Part shown: positions 40,101 through 51,634 of the stretch, one piece after another | Numbering within the stretch: position 1 is the first letter of the stretch | Layout: each line of letters starts with the position of its first letter | Program-made: the position numbers and the translations under genes | The notes under the pieces: generated by a model | Database searches by the model: none | Told to the model about the DNA's origin: nothing | The model's input: only the letters and a program-made list of their open reading frames with translations | Source: Marsupella aquatica | Taxonomy: Eukaryota > Plantae > Marchantiophyta | Length of the DNA stretch: 64,000 nt | Assembly (NCBI GenBank): GCA_973895155.1 | Contig: OZ316894.1 | Span: forward strand, 20,156,451-20,220,450 | Reading direction: 5' to 3'

Positions 40101-40758
40101 GTTTTTTATAATGTGATTTGAAATATGACATATATACAAACCCATTGCCCTAACTTGCATTGCACATTTGTCATTACAACCATTTCATTGTTACAATCAG
40201 TTATCATTCTGGCCATTTGGTTGTTGGAGCCGTTTTATTCTTGAGGCCATTGTGTCTTTGGTCAACAAGGCTATTGCAATAAAGAATTTAGGATTGAGTG
40301 TTAATGTAATTTGGAAAAAATACTTCATAGAGATTAGAAAAAACAGATTTTTGATCTACTCCCAGTAGACTTTTTTTTCACTTTCCTATAAATCATCCCT
40401 TTTGAACTCACAACATAATTTGTATTGTACTTCAAATGTCTACTTTATTTGAATGGGGCAATCATGTGGGGTCTACTTAGAAGTTCTTGTCAGACCCATC
40501 TACCCATGATTGCCACATGTCAACTCACACTTAATTCCCAATGACCGTTTTCTATATGTTTGTGTATGAGTCTATGTGTGGGGGAAGCCCATCCGTGCCT
40601 CAGGGTAGGACAAACTCTTTAATCTTCCTTACACAGATCTGATGGGCAGGAAAATTTAAGCTTTAAATCCAACGGTCATAATGAGTTCCCTCCAAAAGTG
40701 GATTTTGTAAGCAGAAGATGAACACAAAAAGGCGGGATTGTATGTTATAGTGAGTAGA
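34116..40758 (-). mobile_element. Non-autonomous Helitron-like element (hosts a copia)
   Basis: On the minus strand, A|TCTACTCACTATA... at 40758 and an imperfect hairpin GTACGTG-AAACG-CACATGC shortly before CTAG|T at 34116. Interior has a GATGTTGAGGTGAGAAAAA minisatellite (34157-34580) and 150-360 bp duplications (38856-39790). Confidence 0.6.
34977..38850 (-). mobile_element. Ty1/copia LTR retrotransposon, Bianca-like, internally deleted and pseudogenised
   Basis: TG..CA ends with TSD CTCTC, LTR ~118 bp and PPT AAGGGGGAG. Gag start MANLEKLTFPALEIDGNNYLEW; IN FMVLINASTKW...RVDNAGEF; RT YIDDL; RNase H FEDNAAC, ADLFTKSL. Contains stops and frameshifts. Confidence 0.9.
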
Positions 40759-41369
40759 TATTTTAATGTGTAAAACAAACTTTGTAGTGTCTGCAGTATT
40801 TTTAAAATCAGAAAAAAACAAGCGGGAGAACATGTATTAGCTTACCCAAAAGTATTAATACTCCAACAAGGCATGCTGCTGTAATGAAAGAATCAAGTCT
40901 TTGAATAAGTTACAATAGAAGAGAAGGTAGCCAAGACTTGGATACCTCAAATACACTTGCATTGGATTGTATCAAATGCCTGACTCCTACAACAATATGA
41001 GAGCTCTAACAGAAGAAAGGGGGTGCTGTTTCGAAGCTCACAATGTCCATTCTAGCAAGTTGTTTAGTGAGAGCAAGTATTGATGGTTGAATTGCAAGTG
41101 CCTATCACACAAAGGATTTGACTAGCATGCTAGAAAGCTTTTAGAGATGTTGAAGCTTAGGTTCATTTGCTTTAATTTTGTTTCCTCTTTCTCAGGTTTT
41201 AGAGTTTCTTTTTGCTCACTTATTTTGAGTTTGGTTAAGGTCAGGTTTGGACCTCATTTATTTGTTCTTTCGTTTGTACTCTATTTGGCCCTTTGGACCT
41301 CATTTGTTTGTTCTTTCGTTTGTACTCTCTTTGGCGCTTTCTGTACAATGTTTGTTTTGTTGCAAAATG

Positions 41370-42448
41370 TTTTCAGAGGCGGTCAAACTTCGTTTGCCGG
41401 CAGTTGTAGGAGAGTCTGTAGCGCTGTTCAAGAAGCAAACAATACGCCACGGAAATCACCATATGCGCTACCCTTCACAATTTCTCTGCCATTGCGGACA
41501 CGGGGAGTGATCTGGTCTGGGTCCAATGTGCTGCGTGTGATTTTTGCCAGCTTCAATTCGATCCGTTTTACGACCCTCAAAATACTCGACGTACAGCAGG
41601 AGGCTATGCCTTCCAGCGATCCTTTGTGTGCAAATCCATAGGCTAGCTGCTGTGACGCTAACACGAGTTGCGAGAGAGTTCTTAGGAGCGACTTCTCTTT
41701 AGAAACAATTAGTTTCACCACAACGGCAGCAATGATGACGAATGCGAACCGTTTCGAGCCTGGATGTGATTTGGAGACCTTTCTGTACCTCTATGGCGTT
41801 GACGGATTGAGTGAAAGCCCTCTGTCATTCATCTCTCAGCCGGGCAGTCCGCCTAGTCTGGTGCTTTCGGAGATGCTGCGGTGCCTAAGCTCCAATGGTG
41901 CAAAATCAGGATGCTATGTATTTTCGTACCTCCACCTCTTACTACAGTGGTTTGATGGGTATCAAGGTGAACGGGGAAGCCCTCGCCATTCCTGCTGGCA
42001 CGTTCTATATTGCTACCAACGGTACTGGAGGAGTGATCCAAGATTCTGGAACGACTCTCACCGATTCGAGAACTAGTGGTTACTTCCCTCTGCAAAACAA
42101 CATCACCTACTGATCAATTATCCCATCAGTCCGTAAGGCGCGACCATTGGGTTTGACCTGTGCTATGATCTGACGAATTTGTCCAGCCCCACAATTCCCC
42201 GTCGTCACGATGGCGTTAAGGTTTTGATGTGATCTCCCTACAGATAACGTTTTCGTAGGGGCCCAACTCTTCTCGGCAATTGGAATAATTTCACTTACTA
42301 CTGCATGGCGTTCCTTAATACTTCTTCACCGAGGAGCGTTTTCGGAAACATCGCACAACTTGATTTTCAGGTTCTTCATGACCGGGAAGCGCAAATGCTT
42401 GGCTATGCCCAGGTCAAGTGTGATACGATGTGACTCGTTCAGGCTTAA
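41370..42448 (+). pseudogene. Pseudogene paralog of the 27951-29393 aspartic protease
   Basis: Fragments ADTGSDLVWVQC, TYYSGLMGIKVNGEALAIPAGTFYIATNGTGGVIQDSGTTLT, GFDLCYDL and VFGNIAQ..FQVLHDRE, spread over frames with indels. The 5' part is missing. Confidence 0.88.
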
Positions 42449-43037
42449 TAGATGTACAGTACATGTGAGCCGCACAATCGTGTCCATTGGCAGTCGAAAT
42501 TTTGGACCAAATCTTGGAACATCGGGATTCTTCGGCACTACTTGCTGTTCAGTCGATCTCGCTGCTCAATTTTTTCTAGATAACTGCGCAGCAACAGTTA
42601 TTCAATCGTCGCCAAAACTGCTGTTGTCCTAGCCAGGATCGTCATTCCATATAAAGCTCTAAAGATATGAGCAATTCTGTCAATACATTAAGTACAAGCT
42701 AGCTATCGAGTATGTATTCCGAGACTATCCAGAAAACGACACGAAACGTTGTGAACTATCGATTTCATCCGATCATGAATGATGATGACGAAAAGACAAC
42801 ATTCATAAGTACAGGCATGATATTGCAATCATCCATGATTGTTGACACAGATGAGAGTAAACAAAGAGAGATTGTATTTCGCTCTCAGGCGCTTGTAGAA
42901 ATCTTGAGTGAGTGTTCTCTGACACAAAACTTAGAGCACAACTCAACAAGACACGAGCCGGTATATCCGACGTCTGCTTGCTCAGTTCAAAACAACAGAC
43001 TACGAGCTCTTAGGTTCAGAACACGAACAGAGTGACA

Positions 43038-43148
43038 CATGGCACAAGCTAAGTAAATCGGCCTGGCTAGAATAGACTTCTGGCCAAATCGATCAGTTTC
43101 TCTCGAATTTGTTTCCAGCCAGATTCGGTCGATTTAGCTTGTGCCATG
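43038..43148. repeat. 111-bp hairpin (mini-MITE or MIRNA-like foldback)
   Basis: Perfect 15-bp arms CATGGCACAAGCTAA / TTAGCTTGTGCCATG plus an inner imperfect stem CTGGCTAGAA / TTCCAGCCAG. Confidence 0.6.
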
Positions 43149-44216
43149 GCCCACTGGCCGGTGGTTCTCAATCTGGCTTAAGTCCATTATTTTGTAGATT
43201 GAAACAAACTCAAGAGAAACCGACTGATTTATCAAATGTCTGCAGACAACAAGATTGGGCATGATTCATTAGATAATGATAGTTTTCATTTTGAAAAGTT
43301 ATTCAATTTTGGTTGTGGAGTTGATTTATTTGTTGCGTCACTAGTATGGAAAACATCCAAGTTCAGAATAGGTCCAGGAAGCAATGTTCTTGTACCCTGA
43401 CCGCAACTTTTGTGTCGATTCTGGATTAAGGCACCGACGATAGACAATCAACTACAACGAGATCCAAATATCGCTTGTGCTGACTATTTTCGTGTGTCAA
43501 TTGTCCGACCTACATCTTGTCCTCTGACTCTCTTTCATTCATCGGAGAATTCTCGTTTTCAACTTCTGTCAAAGCGAATGAACCATTCTCTAACGGCCAT
43601 CGTAGTTCGTGAGCCAGGTCTCTCAATTTCTTCTTGGAAGTTTCAACGAGCTGTCTTTTGCATAGATCTCTCTTGGGCTCATCAAATAACAGTTGTTTTT
43701 TTTTGTTTTTTTGTTTTTTTTTAATTTATAAATTTGCTTTTAATCCATTTGAACCCCACGGAGAAAAATCAGCAGGCTCAAGGGCAAAAGTGGCCTCAAG
43801 GGGCAAAAAATAAGTCGAAGTAAGGTAGAGTAACTTAGGTCAATAAGATCCCTTTGTGTAAAACAGGGAGCTACCTATCACATCTCCACGTATTCATCTA
43901 GTCCTCTCAAGTTCCAAGCAGAGCCGTCCCGACGAGATTAGACATTGACCCAGGGTTCCCTTCTATTTCTGTCTGCCTTGTAGTGAATTGTCAGCCTCTT
44001 ACAGTAACTATTTTGTTAATTCGCTTCCTTATGAGAACACTACGTTCAGCTTCAATGAACTTCAAAGCCCCAGTCAATCTACCCAGCTTCCTACCAGAGA
44101 GAGGTGAAGTAACTGAAAGCACTGCCGTGAGATGATCCATTATCTCTGAGATTGCTTGCAGTGGATCAAAAGAACGGCAGGGCGTTAAATCAAACACCTG
44201 AGCATTCCTGGCATTC

Positions 44217-47200
44217 TGTCAATCTGAATTGTCTTCCTTAATTCTGACATACGACTGGAAGCGATCGACCTGTTGATGACCGTATAGATATACGTAGACA
44301 GACTAGTCAGCATTTGCATTAGCTGTAGTTTTCAGCGACACGTAGTTAGCTATCATTTTCAGCGACACGTAGTTAGCTGTCGTTGTTTCTCTCTTTCTGT
44401 TCCACTTGGTTGCCAGCAGGGCCACTCCCTGGACGCGCTCCATTCCACTTGGGCTGCGCCCCTGTCTGCCGCCCGCGGATGATTGTTCCTTCATGTTATA
44501 TGTCCCTGCCCTTGCAGTGATTGTATTATTATCAGACATACCGTGAGAAGCAGATCTGAGCACTGCGTTCATATATTCCATCTCTTGTATATTCTCTCGT
44601 GTACGTGCATCTACAAGTCGTTATGTGTTTTAGATTCACAGGTTATGGGCCATTTTTAATTTTTCAAATCTAACTACATTACACTTTGTTCTAGTACTTC
44701 GATAGTTCATTCGCTCCCTAGCTCTCATTGTACTACCTCTAATTCTTTACTATCTCCAAGTCCAACATCTCCTTTGTTTCATGCTTCGATGGGTAGTTCT
44801 TCCATTGGCTACAATAGTCACCTGATACCGAAACTTGAAGGTAGCCAGAATTTCTCCACCTGGAAAATTCTGTGCACGTCAACCCTCAAGGCTTCAGGTG
44901 CGTGGAAGTTCATTGATGCTACTGCTACCGAACCAGTCAAGGATGATGCTGAGAAGGACTACCAGTTTGCTGAACGCCTGGAACTTTATCACTCTCGTGC
45001 TGCCCAGGCTCGCAACATTATCTTATCAACTTGCAAACCTCACATTCAGCAAACGCTTGCAGACATTATGTCGGCAAAGGATTGTTGGGACAAGCTCCTA
45101 GCAACGTACGACGCAGAAGGCCTGATTCACCTCCAGCACATCTGGGCTAACTTTGTGCATTGTTCTTACCAAGGCGAAGATATTGAGGATTTTTGTGCAA
45201 AATTTCGTGCCAATGTCGATAAATGCAACATTGCAGGCATTGCCACTCAGGAGAAGATTCAAGTGCTGCATTTTGTTACCATTCTTGATTCCCATTTCGA
45301 ACATTGGACTGCCAACAAGAGGGAACAGATGCGCCGTGATTCTGATAATCTTCCTACCTTAAACTCATTGATTAATGAAGTTGTGGATGAGTCTCGCAGG
45401 AGCAATGAACGTGCAGCTCTTCAAGTGATGACAAATCGTGCATCTCCTGTGGCCCCACGACTGAAGCGACCAAAGCCTTTCAAGGCTGAGAGCTGTACTA
45501 CTTGTCAGCTTCCCAACCACAGTGAGGAGCGCTGCTACTACACGCATCCTAATCTTCGACCAGAGAAGTGGTAGCCAAATCCGACAACCATGCAGTGGGT
45601 CCAAGAAAACACCCGACATCTTCACCATGTGCAAGTGCTGCCAAACCATGATGCCGAGTCTGAGTACGATATATTCTCGAGTTATTATGCACAGTTTGGG
45701 CATGCACATGCAACAAATCAGCTTCGGCATCACAAGGATGCCACGATTTGGATTGTTGATTCTGGTGCAAGTCACCATTTCTGTAATGATCGTCACCTCT
45801 TCACTGAGTATGAAGTAGATCCTTTACCTATCAACACGGGCAATGGCTCTGTGATCTCACCAGGCAAAGGAGTCATTCAATTAAAGGTGACTACAAACCA
45901 CTCTCCTTATCCAATGTGCGCTACACACCCTCGAGTTTTCTAAACACAGTTTCAGAGGATATCCTTGAGCAGCATGATGTCAGTTGGCGTAGTGAACTTC
46001 AACAATTCATTCATCTGCCTTCCGGCACAGAGTTTGCTGCTGTCAAGAAGCAACATGGTCTCAAGATGTTGGATGTGCGTGTCCCCCAAACTTCAGAGTG
46101 TCATGCTATTTTACTTCCACAAACTCAGCTTGATCTCAACATCTTACATCGGCGCCTGGCTCATCTACACATTGATGGGATCAAACAGCTCATACGTCAA
46201 GAACATCTTTCGGTCAATACTGATGCTCCCTTCCTCCCTTGTGAAGCGTGCTCCTTGGCAAAATCTACCAAGATTATTTGTCGTATACCACATGAGCGTG
46301 CTACACAACCTTTTCAACGCGTTCATGTGGATACCTGTGGAAAGATGACTACCATTGGCATTGGCCGTAAGCAATACTTTCTGATTTTTACTGATGATTA
46401 TTCCCGTCATCGATGGGTGGTTAGTCTTTCCAATAAGGGACAGGTATTCTTGGCACTGCAACATTTTTTTAAATATGTCGAAACTCAGTTTCAATCCAAC
46501 ATCTCTGAACTCCAGATAGATAATGGTACTGAGTTCGGAGGCAAACAACTTGTTGAGTTTTTGGAACATCATGGATGTCGCCTCATCTTATCAGCACCAT
46601 ACCATTATGAGCAGAATGGTATTGCGGAACGATCAATTGGCATTATTACTCAACGTGCTCGTGCCATGTTAATTGATGCATATCTTCCCAAACAACTATG
46701 GCCGGAGGCAATTGCAGCAGCTGTTCACATCACCAATAGATCTCCTACGGCTGTCAACCCAGGGGAGTGCACACCTTACACACGGCTTCAGCAGGCCCTT
46801 GACCGTCCGCATCACAGCAACATTCAACACCTCCGTACCTACGGTGCTATTGCGTATGTTCACACTCCGCCTGAGAAACGTCCTCGTGGGGAAAAATTTG
46901 TTGCGCGTGCCCGTAAAGGGTATCTGGTTGGATATGCCAATGGATTAAATTACCGTGTGTGGTTTCCTTCTTCTAATGAGATTGTGCGGTCTGCTTACGT
47001 TCAATTTGATGAGTCTCCACGCCAAACTCCTATCAACTACATTGATACACTTCACACTACTTCGATTACCAGCAATGAGTGTGTTGAATTGTTTCTCCCC
47101 TCGCCATTGGCATTACCTGGAACATCAGATGCCGATCCAGTGCAGCCGGCTGATTTGCAGAATCCTGACTCAAATCAGGCTTTACAACATGCTCCTATGG

Positions 47201-49469
47201 ATAGCATTTCATCAACACATGCTACTGTGGACATACCAACACCCGTCATTTCACCACCTCTTGGGAATCTCTCTGATGCTGAAATATATGTGGAGCGGGC
47301 AACTCATGAGCAACCTCGCCGTTCGGCTCGAACCAACAAAGGTGTTCCACCCGTTCGACTTGACCTGGCAGTTCACAAACTACTTACTGCACTTCCGCCT
47401 ACTCTTCTTTATAGCTATGCTGCCGCTCTTTATCCACAAACTCTGGATGACTTTCCTCGTTCACACAAGGAAGCTATGACCAGACCTGATGCTGCCAAAT
47501 GGAAGGAAGCGGAGGCTCTTGAACTTCAACAACTACACAAGCTTCGAGTGGCAAATCTTTTGACGCTTCCACCAGGAGCACGGTTGATCCCATCCAAGTG
47601 GGTATACAATGTGAAACGGGATGGGCTTTACAAAGCTCGCCTGGTGGCCCGAGGGGACAAGCAACGTCCCGGGATGGACTACGAGGACACTTTCGCCACT
47701 GTTATCCGCCCAGAGACTTTTCGTTCAGTAATGGCTCATGTTGCATCTGCTGATCTTGAAGCACATTGTGTTGATATTATCACCGCTTTCCTCAACAGCC
47801 TAATGGCATCGGATCATCCCATTTACATTCGTCCACCACCTGGCTATGAGACCTACGATGCCTATGGTGTTCTACTTGTTTGGCTTCTTCTCCGTGCACT
47901 TTATGGCCTCAAGCAGTCAAACAAACTGTGGTACGTAACTCTTACTGAATATCTTATTCAAAATGGGTTTCTACCATTGGAGTCTGATCCTTGTGTACTC
48001 CGCAATGATCTTGGTGATCTGTTGGTCCTGTGGGTAGACGACATTGTCATCATCTCTAAGAATCTTCATGGAATTCAATGCATCAAAGCTCTCTTGGCTG
48101 CACAATTTCAAGTACGTGACTTGGGTGAGATAACCAATTATCTTGGAATCTCTATCTGTCGGAACCGTGTGGAAAAGACTCTCTACTTATCACAACATAC
48201 ATACATTCGGAAGATCCTTCGTCGATTTCATATGGAAGATGCTCGTCCAGCACAGTCGCCATCTATTGATACCACTTCACTTGTTCCATACTCGGCTATT
48301 GCAACAGCTGATCAGCGACAGTTATACCAAGCAATGTTGGGGTCAGTAATGTATGCTGCTGTGTGGACACGACCTGATTTGTCTGAACGATGTTCACGAC
48401 TTGGCCAATTTGCCCACAATCCAGCTCCAGAGCATGAGAGCTGCTTGCAGAGGGTCTACAGTTACCTTTGTGGCACGATCTACCTTGGCATATGTTTCCG
48501 TCCAACGTCAGTTACAGGACTTGAAGTTCATTCGCTTGGATTCGTTGGCTACTCTGACTCATCTTATGCTGATAACATCAGTGATTGCAAATCTACTAGT
48601 GGATACCTTTTTAAACTCACAAATGGCCCGGTATCTTGGAAATCTTGGAAGCAGCCTGTGACTGCAACCTCCTCGACTGAGAGTGAATATATAGCTTATT
48701 CTTTTGCCACCAAAGAGGCCATGTGGCTCAAACGACTGCTGAGGGAATTACAGTATGATGCACCAGATGTTCACAAGGTATTGATCTATGGAGATAATAA
48801 ACCAGCAATCTCACTCACGATCAATCCAGCTCACCATTTCAGGACAAAGCATATAGATGTACCATATCATTTTGTTCGAGAGCAAGTGATGCAGGGTTCT
48901 GTTATCATTGAGTATCTGTCTACGAAAGACATGCCTGCAGATGGACTGACGAAGCCACTCACTGGAAGCAACTTTCTACACTTCATGAATCGTCTTGGCC
49001 TAGAACTCTTTCCTACCAATTCGAATGTTCAGAATCTGGGGGGTGTGTCAATCTGAATTGTCTTCCTTAATTCTGACATACGACTGGAAGCGATCGACCT
49101 GTTGATGACCGTATAGATATACGTAGACAGACTAGTCAGCATTTGCATTAGCTGTAGTTTTCAGCGACACGTAGTTAGCTATCGTTTTCAGCGACACGTA
49201 GTTAGCTGTCGTTGTTTCTCTCTTTCTGTTCCACTTGGTTGCCAGCAAGGCCGCTCCCTGGACACGCTCCATTCCACTTGGGCTGCGCCCCTGTCTACCG
49301 CCCGCGGATGATTGTTCCTTCATGTTATATGTCCCTGCCCTTGCAGTGATTGTATTATTATCAGACATACCGTGAGAAGCAGATCTGAGCACTGCATTCA
49401 TATATTCCATCTCTTGTATATTCTCTCGTGTACGTGCATCTACAAGTCGTTATGTGTTTTAGATTCACA
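44217..49469 (+). mobile_element. Full-length young Ty1/copia LTR retrotransposon inserted in the LINE
   Basis: 424-bp LTRs at 44217-44640 and 49046-49469 (about 6 differences by eye, all A/G), TSD CATTC, PBS GGTTATGGGCC, PPT GGGGGG. Gag-PR-IN-RT-RH motifs: WIVDSGAS, TDDYSR, DNGTEF, QNGIAER, YKARLVARG, LYGLKQ, WVDD, ADGLTKPL. Confidence 0.97.
44789..49056 (+). pseudogene. Copia gag-pol polyprotein with an in-frame TAG (45572-74) and a frameshift near 45905-45940
   Basis: ORFs 44774-45574 and 45590-45943 share one frame; the 1046-aa ORF 45916-49056 is in another frame. Confidence 0.88.
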
Positions 49470-51088
49470 CATTCCATAAGCTCCAAAGAACTTGGTAAAT
49501 CGTGAATGCCCTTAGTGACTGAATAGGTGAACGTCCTTGGAAGTATTGTATCAGCTCAATGATACTATCAAAATTCCCAATAAGGTCTCCATGCCTCCAG
49601 GTCTTTATCTCAGTCCAGACATTGCCCGCATGTTTACAGTGGCTAAACAGATGGGGGATTGTTTCAATCCTAGGAGCGCATAGAGCGCATCAGCCATCCG
49701 ATTTCCCAATTCGCAGGGCCCTAACCCCAGAAAACAGCCCCTGTGCAATAATGCGCCACATGAAGACCTTAGCTCTAGTAGAAAGGTCAGAAGTCCACAT
49801 CCCTTTCCAAACAGTACTCCAATCCTTTTCGTCAAGTGTCATGCTCCAAATCCGGTTCAGCCGTTCCCAATCCGATCCCTTCGGGCGAAGCATTTCGTAC
49901 ACTCTCAGATTCGTTAATCCAAAGCGCCTCATCTCACTCTCAGTATCATTCCATCTCCAAAGCCTAGCATCAGCATCCACCTCCATGCCTCCCACAGTCG
50001 AACAGCAGATCGTGTTGTAAAGAGCTATACACTGTACCCGTCCAACCTCAGATAATCCTCTCATCCTTTGTAGTTTCATTGAGATGTCTTTCCAATCTTG
50101 ACTCACAGCAGACCGGTCATAGATCTTCTACTTTCCTCATTCCCAGGCTACCAAATGCTCTAATAATCTCCATTATATAATTTTCAGGTAAGTCAAAGAA
50201 ACCCTGCGTACTTCGTACCAAATCCTCAAATCCCCAATGCCCTGATATAGCCCTTCCATCGGGGTAGAAGATCAAATGCTCCCTTGCCAACGCCCAGGCA
50301 CTCCATAGTTTACCTGTATAGACCAATTTCCCAAAGCTACGAGGTGTGCTCAGTAATAATTTATCACTCAAAGAATACCTGAATCTTCTTACCGTCCTGT
50401 AGTGGCACCATTTTGTTAATCGAAGATTTTCTGCATACATCTGCGCCCACTCAGAGTTCGGGTTATCCAATGCTCCTGTGAACCATTTGCATAGCAAAGC
50501 ATCTGAGTGACTGCGAAAGTCCTTGAATCCGAGCCCGCCCTCTAGCTTAGGTCTAGTCATTTTTTCCCACGCCACTAAGGGGACTCTACGTCCACCCTGT
50601 GGATTGGTACCCCACAGGAAGGATCTGTTGAGTTTAGTCAGTTTCTGAGCTAGTGTCGTGGAGGATCTGATAAACATCATATGGTAGATAGGGATTGCCT
50701 GTAGGACGTGTTTAATCAACAACATCCTTCCTGTAAACGATAAGAATCGTGTGGACCAAGATGACAATCGAGTGCTTATTCTATCCAGACATAAATTGTG
50801 TAGTTGCGATTCTAGAAGTCCAACCCCAAATGGTGCACCAAGGTATTTCTGAACCTCTCCATTTTCACTGATTCTGCATCCTGTGTCCCTAAGCCAACCG
50901 GTATTTCCTCCATGGCAAAAGGGATGATGATCGATTTCTTCAAGTTAAGCTTCGCCCCAGTAGCACATTCATAGCAAGTAATTGCACTTTTAGCCTGCTC
51001 AAAAGCAACAGCAGTGGCAGGGATAAACAATCCTAGATCATCAATGAATAGTCGAAAGCAGATGGTTAGAGCCGAATTAATCCTCAGT

Positions 51089-51290
51089 CCATGGGCCCTT
51101 ACTCCGTGTAAAAGAAGTGGACCCCCTACGATCGGGCCCTTTTCCTGTTTACCCCTTGTTATTTCCATTTTACTATTAAAAGTTCCCTTATTACCAGTAA
51201 TAATTATAATTATTAGTTCAAAATTAATAAAAACTACCCTTCGAGCGTTCGCACGTCCTCCACGTATTAGTTAAGACTGAGGGCCCAGGG
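51089..51290. mobile_element. MITE family B (TIR CCCTGGGCCCTCA), short copy inside the LINE RT
   Basis: CCATGGGCCCTT...TGAGGGCCCAGGG with perfect 8-bp TSD TCCTCAGT. Confidence 0.9.
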
Positions 51291-51338
51291 TCCTCAGTCC
51301 TTGAAGTCTTCCCGCCGTTATTTCAGCATTGCAGAAAT

Positions 51339-51634
51339 CTCGGCGGTCTCACCATATGGATGTCTCCCCATCCCCTGCGACGTTTTTAGGCCTCGGACCC
51401 CCTAAAATGTAAGAAAAAAAATTATTTTTCAACCCCTATAAAGTTGGAATATTCTTGGAATATTCCAAAAATTTGGTTAGAAAGACCCTAATGTTCTTAT
51501 AAGTCTCAAAATTGAATTTAAAGGACCCTATTGTTCTTCTACAAAAATTCTTAATTCTTACCTTCAAACCAATAAATTGACCCTATACTTCGTCGCACGT
51601 GATGTGCCATTTTTGTGGAAGTGAAACCCCCGAG
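51339..51634. mobile_element. MITE family A copy inside the LINE RT
   Basis: CTCGGCGGTCTCAC...GTGAAACCCCCGAG with perfect 8-bp TSD GCAGAAAT. Confidence 0.93.

Noticed and set aside
44303-44581. 92-aa ORF duplicated at 49132-49410
   Set aside because: It is an antisense ORF within the two copia LTRs; the duplication is explained by the LTRs.
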